NCBI GenBank assembly: GCA_045627705.1
Contig: JAZQOE010000124.1
Location: 17,865-81,864 of the forward strand
Length of the DNA stretch: 64,000 nt
Origin: Kiritimatiellia bacterium
Lineage (GTDB): Bacteria > Verrucomicrobiota > Kiritimatiellia > RFP12 > JBMNHG01
Direction of reading: 5' to 3'
Position numbers and translations under genes: made by a program. Of this stretch, positions 52,647 to 61,168 are shown in pieces (the first letter of the stretch is position 1; each line of letters begins with the position of its first letter). The notes beneath the pieces were generated by a model that did no database searches, was not told where the DNA came from, and saw only the letters and a list, made by a program, of their open reading frames with translations.

Positions 52647-53730
52647 CCTCTTCCTTTGCAGTCGCTTACGCCATCGTCACCGGGTTATTTTGTAGCCGTC
52701 TTGCGGAGCAGATTCTTATCCCGTTCCACTCCCTGCACATCCCGATGCCGTAGCCGCCCGTCTTCCTGCCCTCGCTGAAGTGACCCGCGAACTTTTCGAC
52801 CACTCCATTCACGAATTCCTTCGTCCCGACCGCGAAGCCCTTCGTAAAATGCCTCACCTTGCAGCGCAGCATCACCGGCAATTCGAGCTTGCCATGCCCC
52901 GCCAGCACTTTCCGCACTTCCTCGTGGTCGAGTGTATCCACACCCTTCGCATACAGCAGCGCACGGTACTGCGGCGCGACCGCCCCGAAGTCTGGCTTGT
53001 TCGCTTCTGGCCTGTAAATCCTTGTAATGCACAATCGCGCGTACCTGTCGCCAGCGACAGCCGCGCCATAGCTACTCCAGCGGTAGTCCTTTGGATCCTC
53101 AACTATCTGCGCACGGATCGGGTTGAGTTCGATGTACGCAGCCACAGCGGCGAGCGACCCGCCGCCTTCGACGAAAGTGCTGCCGAAGCGGCCTTGCCAG
53201 AGTGTTCCCTCGTGCCCCTCGTGATGGGCGCGGTACCATACCGAGAAGCGCTGCTTAAGGCACTGCATGAAAGGCGAGATGTCGCCCATGCGCCTCCGCA
53301 GCATCTCCTGCTCAGTCTCCAATCGGTTGATCCAATTGTGCTTGCGGTATTCGTCCCACTGGCATTTCAGCTCCGCCGCGTTCATCGAGCCATAGAGAAT
53401 TTCGACACGCTCCAGCAATATTGCCTCCGTAAGCTCGATCGCCTTCGGCACATGCACGAGCACGTGGAAGTGGTTCGACATCACGCAGTACGCCAGGACC
53501 TCCAGCCCGGAGAACGCCGCGACCTTCCGCAGCATCCTCACGAACATCTCCTTCTCCGCGTCCCCGAACGCCATCTTCTTGAACGCGCACCTGCTCACCA
53601 GGTGGTAGTATCCCTCGCCTTCGTTCTTTGCTCTTGCCTTGCGCATGGTTTTCTCCTTTGCACGCATGATACGCCGCAACTTGCGGACATGTCAATGCTT
53701 AAATAGTCTGTCCCTTTAAGAGTTTTGGTG
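52594..53730 (-). mobile_element. candidate IS200/IS605-like (RAYT-like) unit: a Y1 transposase gene bounded by two identical 23-bp REP-like palindromes in direct orientation
   Basis: Copies at 52594..52616 and 53708..53730 are identical (cttaaatagtctgtccctttaag), placed 50 bp beyond the stop and 62 bp upstream of the start of the transposase gene. A Y1 HUH transposase lies between them. Confidence 0.45.
52666..53646 (-). CDS. IS200-like Y1 (HUH) transposase / REP-associated tyrosine transposase-like protein with extended C-terminal domain
   Basis: GYYHLVSRCAFKKMAFG...VLAYCVMSNHFHVLVHVP. HUH motif (HFHVL) in the N-terminal ~140 aa. RBS AAGGAG 8 nt upstream of the Met at 53646. The listed ORF starts at 53679. 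Confidence 0.65.
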   Translation of the reverse strand: MRKARAKNEGEGYYHLVSRCAFKKMAFGDAEKEMFVRMLRKVAAFSGLEVLAYCVMSNHFHVLVHVPKAIELTEAILLERVEILYGSMNAAELKCQWDEYRKHNWINRLETEQEMLRRRMGDISPFMQCLKQRFSVWYRAHHEGHEGTLWQGRFGSTFVEGGGSLAAVAAYIELNPIRAQIVEDPKDYRWSSYGAAVAGDRYARLCITRIYRPEANKPDFGAVAPQYRALLYAKGVDTLDHEEVRKVLAGHGKLELPVMLRCKVRHFTKGFAVGTKEFVNGVVEKFAGHFSEGRKTGGYGIGMCREWNGIRICSARRLQNNPVTMA

Positions 53731-53821
53731 TAAATTCTGAAATCTGATTTCTTTGCCAAGCCGTTTGTGATACGATGGAACACAATCCGCGATATTGTAC
53801 AATGCGGCATGGAGTCAAGCG

Positions 53822-54907
53822 ATGGCTGTTTCTGTCTGTATCGACAACCTAGTCAAGAAATTCGGCGATTTTACCGCTGTAAACGATGTAAGTCTCCACA
53901 TCGAGCCGGGCGAGATTTTCTTCATGCTCGGCCCTAGCGGATGCGGCAAGACGACGCTCCTTCGCTGCGTTGCCGGTTTTCATACTCCAGATAGCGGGCG
54001 GATCACAATAGGCGACCGCGACATCACTTCGCTTCCGCCATACGTCCGCGATACCGGCATGGTTTTCCAGAGTTATGCGCTTTGGCCTCACATGACGATT
54101 GCGCAAAATGTCGCTTTCGGCCTGGAAATGCGCAACGTGCCGAAGTTCGAGATCGAGCGCCGCGTGAAGACCGCACTCGACCATGTGAAGATCGCAGACC
54201 GCGCAGATTCGAAGCCGAACCAGCTTTCAGGCGGACAGCAACAGCGCGTCGCGCTTGCGCGCGCCCTTGTCATCGAGCCAAAGTGCCTGCTCCTCGACGA
54301 ACCGCTTTCGAATCTCGACGCCAAGTTGCGCCTTGAGATGCGCATCGAGATCCGCCGTATCTGCAAGGATGCCGGCCTTACCGCGCTATATGTCACGCAT
54401 GACCAGAAGGAGGCGCTGGCAATTGCGGACCGTCTCGCCGTCATGCGCGAGGGTTGTCTTCAGCAGGTCGGTTCGCCCGCCGAGGTCTATCGCAATCCCG
54501 CGAACCGCTTTGTCGCTGGCTTTATCGGCGAAGCGAATTTCATCGATGGCAAGGCCGTTTCCACATCGAACGGACGCCTTGCGCTCGAGACTCCGATCGG
54601 CGTATTCGAGGCTCGCATTCCGATGACAGTCGCGGATGCTTCGTCGGCAAGCGCGATTTGCGTTCGTCCAGAAAGCCTGCATCTTCTGCCCGCCGATGCG
54701 GCTCCAGGCGTGAACAGGATGCGCGGTCGCATTATCCAATCCGTATATCAAGGCGAAATCGCGCAGCACGTGGTCGCAGTCGATATCCCGAACGGCGCGC
54801 CGCTTGAGTTCAAGGTTTGCGAACTCGCCCCGATGGCCGGTATCGCCGAGCGCAATGGCGCGGAAGTCATGCTTTCGTTCGAGGCGGAGCAGGCGACGGC
54901 AGTGTAG
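53822..54907 (+). CDS. ABC transporter ATP-binding protein (PotA/FbpC/MalK-type importer ATPase with C-terminal TOBE-like domain)
   Basis: Walker A GPSGCGKTT, ABC signature LSGGQQQRVALARAL, Walker B LLLDEPLSNLD, H-loop VTHDQ. Confidence 0.8.
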   Translation: MAVSVCIDNLVKKFGDFTAVNDVSLHIEPGEIFFMLGPSGCGKTTLLRCVAGFHTPDSGRITIGDRDITSLPPYVRDTGMVFQSYALWPHMTIAQNVAFGLEMRNVPKFEIERRVKTALDHVKIADRADSKPNQLSGGQQQRVALARALVIEPKCLLLDEPLSNLDAKLRLEMRIEIRRICKDAGLTALYVTHDQKEALAIADRLAVMREGCLQQVGSPAEVYRNPANRFVAGFIGEANFIDGKAVSTSNGRLALETPIGVFEARIPMTVADASSASAICVRPESLHLLPADAAPGVNRMRGRIIQSVYQGEIAQHVVAVDIPNGAPLEFKVCELAPMAGIAERNGAEVMLSFEAEQATAV

Positions 54908-54946
54908 CGTTTTCAGGCCATAGTGACGATTTCAAGGAGGCAAAGC

Positions 54947-55987
54947 ATGTCAGACAAGCGGATTATCAATGCAGTGGCCCCGATTCGCATTTGCGATCTC
55001 GGCGGTTGGTCCGACACTTGGTTCGCGAAACGCGGCAAGATTCTCAACATGGGCGTATATCCATACGTCCAGTGTCAGATGAGCGTATCGCCTGCGGAAG
55101 GGAGCGAAGGGCGCCTGACAATCTTTGCCGAGAACTATGGCGACCGCTACACCATCAATCCGCAGGAGGTCGTCTATGCGCGCCATCCGCTTCTCGAGGC
55201 ATGCGTTGAAATCATGAAGATTCCGCAGGGGCTTGATATCGAGGTCAACCTCTATTCGTCGGTGCCCGGCGGATCTTCGACCGGCACGTCGGCGGCTGTC
55301 ACCGTCGCGTTGATTGGCGCGCTGGACATGCTCACGCCTGGCCGCATGACGCCGCACGAAGTCGCGGCGAAGGCCCACGAGGTCGAGACCGTCCTGCTCA
55401 ACCAGCAAAGCGGCATCCAAGACCAGCTTTGTTCGGCTTTCGGCGGCGTCAACTTCATCGACATGCACGAGTATCCGCATTCGTCCGTTTCGCCGATCCA
55501 TATCCCAAACAGCACATGGTGGGAACTCGAGTCCCGCATATCGCTTGTATTCGTCGGTCACACCCACCACTCGTCGAAGGTGCATGAAAGCGTGATCGAG
55601 GAGCTTCGCGCCGCCGGCGATACCGGCGGGGCGAAACTCGATGCGCTGCGCAAGTGCGCGGAGGACGGCCGCGACGCCTTGTTCGCGGGCGACTTCGCGG
55701 CCTTTGGACGCGCCATGGCGGCGAATACCGATGCCCAGGCGAATCTGCACCCAGCCCTCGTCTCGAAGACAGCGCAGAAGATCATCGATGTCGCGAAACA
55801 GCATGGGGCGCTTGGCTGGAAGGTCAACGGCGCTGGTGGCGATGGAGGTTCGCTCACGCTCCTCAGCGCGCCCTCCCGCTCGCAGCAACGCGCCATGCTA
55901 CGCGAGATAGAGCAGCTGGGCGATGGTGTACGGGTGATCGACACCTATCTCAGCCGCTATGGATTGCGCGTCTGGGAAGGGCTCTGA
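54947..55987 (+). CDS. GHMP-family sugar kinase (HddA/fucokinase-like)
   Basis: APIRICDLGGWSDT N-terminal motif. Glycine-rich ATP loop PGGSSTGTSAAVTVALIGAL. Confidence 0.6.
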   Translation: MSDKRIINAVAPIRICDLGGWSDTWFAKRGKILNMGVYPYVQCQMSVSPAEGSEGRLTIFAENYGDRYTINPQEVVYARHPLLEACVEIMKIPQGLDIEVNLYSSVPGGSSTGTSAAVTVALIGALDMLTPGRMTPHEVAAKAHEVETVLLNQQSGIQDQLCSAFGGVNFIDMHEYPHSSVSPIHIPNSTWWELESRISLVFVGHTHHSSKVHESVIEELRAAGDTGGAKLDALRKCAEDGRDALFAGDFAAFGRAMAANTDAQANLHPALVSKTAQKIIDVAKQHGALGWKVNGAGGDGGSLTLLSAPSRSQQRAMLREIEQLGDGVRVIDTYLSRYGLRVWEGL

Positions 55988-56040
55988 TCCACTTCGGGAA
56001 AAGCATTTCAAGCCATCCGTAAAACTGATCGCGCATACCC

Positions 56041-56793
56041 ATGTCCTTCCTTCCCTCGCTTTCTTCCCTGCCGTTTTCGCTGCCCATCGCCGGCGTGGTA
56101 CTCGCATACCAGCAGTCCGATGGTTTCGGCAAGTTCATCGTTATCATGCAGCTGTGTTTTTCCGCGATCGCGCTCGCGGTGTTCATCGAGAAATTCAAGG
56201 CGTTTCGGAAAATTGCCTTTTTTGTCGGAAGATTCCGCAATCTGTTCGACAGTTCAGCCGATTCCCTGAAGCTCTACAACCCCAATGCTTCCACGGCGTC
56301 GCTCGAGTCAAACCCGGCCGAGGCGATCTATCGCGTCGCCTGCTCCAGGGTCACCGAAATCATGAGTCCCGCAGGTATCGAAAGCTGGAGGAACAATGCC
56401 CCGACGGTCGCGGGGCTTGCCGATACCGAAATCGATGTCATCGACACTTCCATCGAAAACACCCTCCTTGACCAGGAAGGCATCCTTGAAAGTGGAATGA
56501 CGATTCTCGCGGTCGCGGTTTCGGCATCTCCATTGCTCGGCCTCTTTGGAACCGTGTGGGGCGTTCTCAACGCATTCCAGTCGATGGGCAGAAGCGGAAG
56601 CGCGCTTCTTTCGGATGTCGCTCCAGGAATTTCATCCGCGATGCTTACCACCGTCGTAGGCCTCTTCGTCGCAATCCCCGCATCGATCGCCTACAATGTC
56701 CTTGGGTCGAAGATCAAATCGATCCAGAATCAACTCGAAGGCTTCGCCGATGACCTGAAAAGCCGCATCGCCTTCGAGTTCAAGCAGCGCTAG
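56041..56793 (+). CDS. MotA/TolQ/ExbB proton-channel family protein
   Basis: Three TM helices. GLFGTVWGVLNAF and TTVVGLFVAIPASIAYN motifs. Confidence 0.7.
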   Translation: MSFLPSLSSLPFSLPIAGVVLAYQQSDGFGKFIVIMQLCFSAIALAVFIEKFKAFRKIAFFVGRFRNLFDSSADSLKLYNPNASTASLESNPAEAIYRVACSRVTEIMSPAGIESWRNNAPTVAGLADTEIDVIDTSIENTLLDQEGILESGMTILAVAVSASPLLGLFGTVWGVLNAFQSMGRSGSALLSDVAPGISSAMLTTVVGLFVAIPASIAYNVLGSKIKSIQNQLEGFADDLKSRIAFEFKQR

Positions 56794-56835
56794 GGATGAT
56801 CCGCCGCATGCCGATTCGCCACGCGGTCGCCGTTC

Positions 56836-57624
56836 ATGGAAGCATCCAAGACCATGCCTGAAACCGGAAAACAAAGTGATCGCGTTGCGCTGGTGACTGG
56901 CGGGGCGCGCCGCCTTGGGCGCGCGATTTCGCTGGCGTTCGCCAATGCCGGCTATGGGGTCGCGATCCACTGCAACAAGTCAGTCGCCGAGGCGGAAGCG
57001 CTCGCCGATGAAATCAACCGGCGCCATGCGGCAACCGCCCCGCGGGCATGGGTCGTCCGCGGCGATCTCGCAATCCCGTCAGAATGCGATGCGGTGATCG
57101 GCCGCGCAATCGAAAGCGTCGGCCGCCTTGACGTGCTTGTGAACAACGCCGCGTCTTTCGCGCTTGTCTCGCTTGCGGATTCGCGCCCCGAAGATTTCGA
57201 GTCGCAGTACAAGTTGAACGCGCTCGCGCCCGCGCTTCTTTCGCGCAAGTTCAGCGAATATGTCCTCTCGGCCGCAAACAGCGAAAGCGCGCGAACGCAT
57301 CGCGCGATCGTGAACATCATCGACCAGCGCATCGCGCATCCACGCGCGAACTGCATCCCATACGAAATGTCGAAGATAGCGCTGGAAGGCTTCACCCGCG
57401 CCGCCGCCGTTGAACTGGCGCCGCTCATCACGGTGAACGCCGTCGCTCCAGGCGCAGTGCTCGCGCCATCCGCGGAATGCGGCGCACATGAGCCGGCTGG
57501 CAAAGCGCTGCTCGGGCATCATCCCACTCCAGGGGCAATTGCCGAGGCGGTCGTATGGCTCGCGGAGAATCCATTTGTCACGGGGCAGACGATATTCGTC
57601 GATTCCGGGCAACACCTGCTTTGA
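56836..57624 (+). CDS. SDR-family oxidoreductase, pteridine reductase (FolM/PTR1)-like
   Basis: VALVTGGARRLGRAI: the TGxxxRxG variant of the Rossmann motif is characteristic of FolM/PTR1. NNAA. The catalytic Y...K is present as YEMSK. Confidence 0.6.
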   Translation: MEASKTMPETGKQSDRVALVTGGARRLGRAISLAFANAGYGVAIHCNKSVAEAEALADEINRRHAATAPRAWVVRGDLAIPSECDAVIGRAIESVGRLDVLVNNAASFALVSLADSRPEDFESQYKLNALAPALLSRKFSEYVLSAANSESARTHRAIVNIIDQRIAHPRANCIPYEMSKIALEGFTRAAAVELAPLITVNAVAPGAVLAPSAECGAHEPAGKALLGHHPTPGAIAEAVVWLAENPFVTGQTIFVDSGQHLL

Positions 57625-57648
57625 TTTCCGAACCATGGGCCATCACGC

Positions 57649-59245
57649 AATGAAAACTACAAAAGTCTTTCTCGCTCCAATCGACATTCGCGCCGAAGAT
57701 CCCGACGCGAGGATGGCGGAAATTATTTCCGCGATCAACGAGGCACGCGGACAAGGCGCCAAGCTCGTGGTATTGCCTTCGCTGGTCGATCTCTATGAAG
57801 ATGAAGCCGATAAAATCGCTGCGTCTTCGCAGGGTATCGCGGTTGTAATCGGCGGAGACTATTCGTGCATCGTCATAAAAAACGGCGCGCCGTTTTTTGT
57901 TGGAGAAGGCGAGCTGGCCGAAATCGAGGGACTGGGGCGCGTGGCGCTTCTCCCAAATTCGTCCGAAGATATCTTCATTCCCCGTGATGCCGATGCAGCA
58001 ATCATTTCGGGCTGCGAACCCTTCGCCCGCGGCGAAATCGACAGGCGCGCGTGGTGGTTGTCGAGACTCGCCCGCAAAATCACGATTCCATTCATCTATG
58101 TCAATGCGATTGGCGTTCGCGACGAGGGGAAGGTCGTACGCGCATACGATGGCGCGACAATGGTTTTTGGCGCCGATGGCGCGCGCCTTGATGTTTCAAA
58201 GCCGTTTGACGGCAAGCGGGCGATCGCCACGATCAAGGCGGATGGGACCGTCGATGGCGCGACGTGCGAAGAGCCGAGCGATGGCATCCCGGAAGTTGTC
58301 GCCGCGTTGCGCTATGGCATTTTGCGCTTCCTTTCCGCGCTTCGCATCAAGCGCGTGGTAATCGGCGTCTCCGGCGGAATCGACTCTGCGGTTTCGGCCG
58401 CGCTGTATGGTTCGATCCTTCCGCCCGAAGATATCCTGCTCGTCGGCATGCCCGGTCCATTCACATCGGCGACAACCCGCAATCTCGGCCGTTCGCTGGC
58501 CTCCAACCTCGGCGCGCGCTTCGCTGAAATGCCGATTGGCCCCGCGGTCGATCTCACGCGCTCCGAATTCGCGAATCTCATGAGCGAGGGTCCTGGCGAC
58601 AACACCCCTGGCGCATGGACGCTCTCGCCGTTTGCCATCGAAAACGTGCAGGCGCGCGACCGCGGCTCGCGTGTTCTCGCGGCGGCGGCGGCGGCCTTTG
58701 GCGGTGTCGTGAGCTGCAACGCCAACAAGGCGGAAATCACCATCGGCTACGGCACGCTCTATGGCGACATCCTTGGCTGGCTGGCGTGTCTGGGCGATTT
58801 GTGGAAGGGCGACGTTTACGCTGTCGGCAGGGAACTCAACGAGTCGCACTACAACCGTGAATTGATTCCCGAAGGCATCTTCAAGATCAAGCCCTCGGCG
58901 GAGCTGAGCGAGAAGCAGGCCGTCGAAAAGGGACTAGGCGATCCGCTCGTGTATCCGTATCACGACAAGCTGTTCCGTTCGTGGGTCGAGCATGAGGATG
59001 TCTTCAACGATTCTCTAGAAGCGTATCGTGGCGGAAGACTCGCGAAAGAAATCGGCTACGATGGAGACATTGCAAAGCTCTTCGCAAACGAAGACGAGTT
59101 TGTCGCCGACCTCACGCGCTGGTGGAAACTCTATCGTGGACTCGCCGTCGCGAAACGAATGCAGGCGCCACCCATTTTCGCCGTCACAAACGCACCCTTT
59201 GGCGCCGTCCCCGAATCCCAACTCGCGCCCGTCTTTCCGAAGTAG
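57649..59245 (+). CDS. nadE: glutamine-dependent NAD+ synthetase (degenerate N-terminal CN-hydrolase-like domain plus C-terminal NAD synthetase domain)
   Basis: PP-loop VVIGVSGGIDSAV. EITIGYGTLYGD. The N-terminal ~260 aa resemble a nitrilase-type domain (KLVVLPSL). Start chosen at MKTTKVFLA. The listed ORF 57488 overlaps the SDR gene. Confidence 0.7.
57877..57898. repeat. perfect 22-bp palindrome aaaaaacggcgcgccgtttttt inside nadE
   Basis: Exact self-complementary copy. Encodes IKNGAPFF. Confidence 0.6.
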
Positions 59246-59377
59246 ATGTGCGGCGAGTTGAATACGCAGGAGTATTCGCACGCTTGGCGAAATGTGGAAC
59301 CGCGCAGGGTCTTTGGGGCGACAGCCCCCAGCACCACTTGTTAGCTGTTCACTGTTATCTGTTCACTGTTATCTCCA

Positions 59378-61078
59378 ATGAAATCCATCATGGCTTGCAT
59401 AACCAGCCTGTGTCTCGCTTCCGCGCCATGCGTCGCGCTTTCCGCCGACGCCTTCGCTACGATGCGAACGAACATGGCGCATTACCTGGTTGACCAGCTT
59501 CTCAACGCCCCGATTGCGCCAGGTGATTCCGATGCGCTGCATGTGCCGCCTTTCGACGGCGATGGCGTCTGGAACGATGTTGACTATGCGTCACGGCGTT
59601 CGAGCACATGGCCGGCGAAGCTTCATCTGCGTCGGATGTACGGACTCGCCGCGCAGGGTGCCCCCGAATCGCGCTCGGCAGCGATCGAGGCGCTCGCCGC
59701 ATGGGTACGCCTCGATCCGCAAAGCGACAACTGGTGGAACCAGGAGATTGGCACTCCGAAATCGCTATGCGAAACGATGATCCTCCTTGGCGACGACCTG
59801 CCCGCCGAACTGCGCGATGCGGTCCGTCCGATCCTCGATCGTTCAAAGCCGGGCCGTACCGGACAAAACCGCACGTGGCTCGCGGGCATACACGCGATGA
59901 AGGGAATGATCTACGGCGACGCCAACGCGGTAGCGGCGGCGCACAGGACGCTCCTCGACGAACTGAAGATCGTCGGTCTTGGGACCGAAGGCCTGCAGGA
60001 TGATTTCACCTTCCACCAGCATGGCCCCCAGATGCAGCTTGGCACATACGGGCTTTCGTTCTTCCGCGAGATGACGAAGTGGGCGACTGTCTTCGACGGC
60101 ACGCCATACGCATTCCCATCCGACAAGCTTGCACTTCTCGAGCACTTCTTCACCGATGCGCTTCAATGGCCGGTTTATTGCGGCACAATGGATTTCTCGG
60201 CGTGCGGGCGCCAGATAGTCGGCGATTACCCGGCAACGAAAGCGCATTCGGTATTCGCCGGCGCCGTCGCCCTCAAGCGCATCGGATGCCTTGCCGATTT
60301 CGATCCCGACAAATTTGGAACGCTCGCCGGTTCACGATACTTCCCGAGCAGCGCCTACCTTGTGCACCGTGCGCCAGAATTCTTCTTCGCCTTGCGAATG
60401 TGCGCGCCCGATATCGTCGGCGCGGAAACCGTAAACAGCGAGAACCTTCTTGGACGCTACACTGCCGATGGCGCCACCTACTTCCGCACTGCGGGAAACG
60501 GATTCATCGATGCCATCCGAATGTGGGACTGGAGCTTTATTCCAGGCACGACGGAGGCAATCAAGAAGAAGCCGGATCTCAAGGTCCATGGCAGACGCAA
60601 CCAGGATGGCGGAAGCGCGACTGGCGCGGTCGAAGACGGGATTGCAACGGCCGAGATGAGTTTCCGCGCGTCGGAATTCGTCGCGGACAAACGATGGCGC
60701 TGCGCAGGCAACGGCTTTGAAGCCACGGGGTCTGGCATTTCTTCGGAAAGCGTCTGGCGCATTGTCACCACCATCGACCAGCGGTTGGTGCAAGGGACCG
60801 TAACCATCGTGGGCGCCGACGGCATTCGCATGCCGCTTGCCGATGGCGATCAAGTCATCCCGATGCCCGCGCACATCGAGCATGCGGGAATCGCCTACGA
60901 CATCGCTTCCGCCGATGGCGAACTACATGTCGGGCAATCCATGCGCCGTGGCAGCTGGCGCCGCATCAATGCCGCGGCATCAAATGAGCCCGTCGAGGGC
61001 AAGATGCTCCTCATCTATATCGATCATGGCGTTCGTCCGAGCGGCGCAGGTTATAGATATTCCGTGACAGCCAAATAA
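59378..61078 (+). CDS. polysaccharide lyase family 8-like protein (chondroitin AC / hyaluronate / xanthan lyase family) with signal peptide
   Basis: Signal peptide MKSIMACITSLCLASAPCVALSA. (alpha/alpha) toroid-like N-half with NRTWLAGIHAMKG and FHQHGPQMQLGTYGLSF, reminiscent of the PL8 catalytic region. Beta-sheet C-half. Assignment is tentative. Confidence 0.45.
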   Translation: MKSIMACITSLCLASAPCVALSADAFATMRTNMAHYLVDQLLNAPIAPGDSDALHVPPFDGDGVWNDVDYASRRSSTWPAKLHLRRMYGLAAQGAPESRSAAIEALAAWVRLDPQSDNWWNQEIGTPKSLCETMILLGDDLPAELRDAVRPILDRSKPGRTGQNRTWLAGIHAMKGMIYGDANAVAAAHRTLLDELKIVGLGTEGLQDDFTFHQHGPQMQLGTYGLSFFREMTKWATVFDGTPYAFPSDKLALLEHFFTDALQWPVYCGTMDFSACGRQIVGDYPATKAHSVFAGAVALKRIGCLADFDPDKFGTLAGSRYFPSSAYLVHRAPEFFFALRMCAPDIVGAETVNSENLLGRYTADGATYFRTAGNGFIDAIRMWDWSFIPGTTEAIKKKPDLKVHGRRNQDGGSATGAVEDGIATAEMSFRASEFVADKRWRCAGNGFEATGSGISSESVWRIVTTIDQRLVQGTVTIVGADGIRMPLADGDQVIPMPAHIEHAGIAYDIASADGELHVGQSMRRGSWRRINAAASNEPVEGKMLLIYIDHGVRPSGAGYRYSVTAK

Positions 61079-61095
61079 CTTGCCTCTCATTTGCA

Positions 61096-61124
61096 TTGAT
61101 TTGGATCGTGCATAAGGCTAACAT
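61096..61124 (+). promoter_or_regulatory. candidate sigma70 promoter of giant gene 4 (TTGATT-N17-TAACAT), RBS GGAGG
   Basis: cattgatttggatcgtgcataaggctaacat, then ttGGAGGagttgtttccATG. Confidence 0.35.
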
Positions 61125-61168
61125 TCCAACATCAAGGTAAATGGTGCCTTGTTGGAGGAGTTGTTTCC

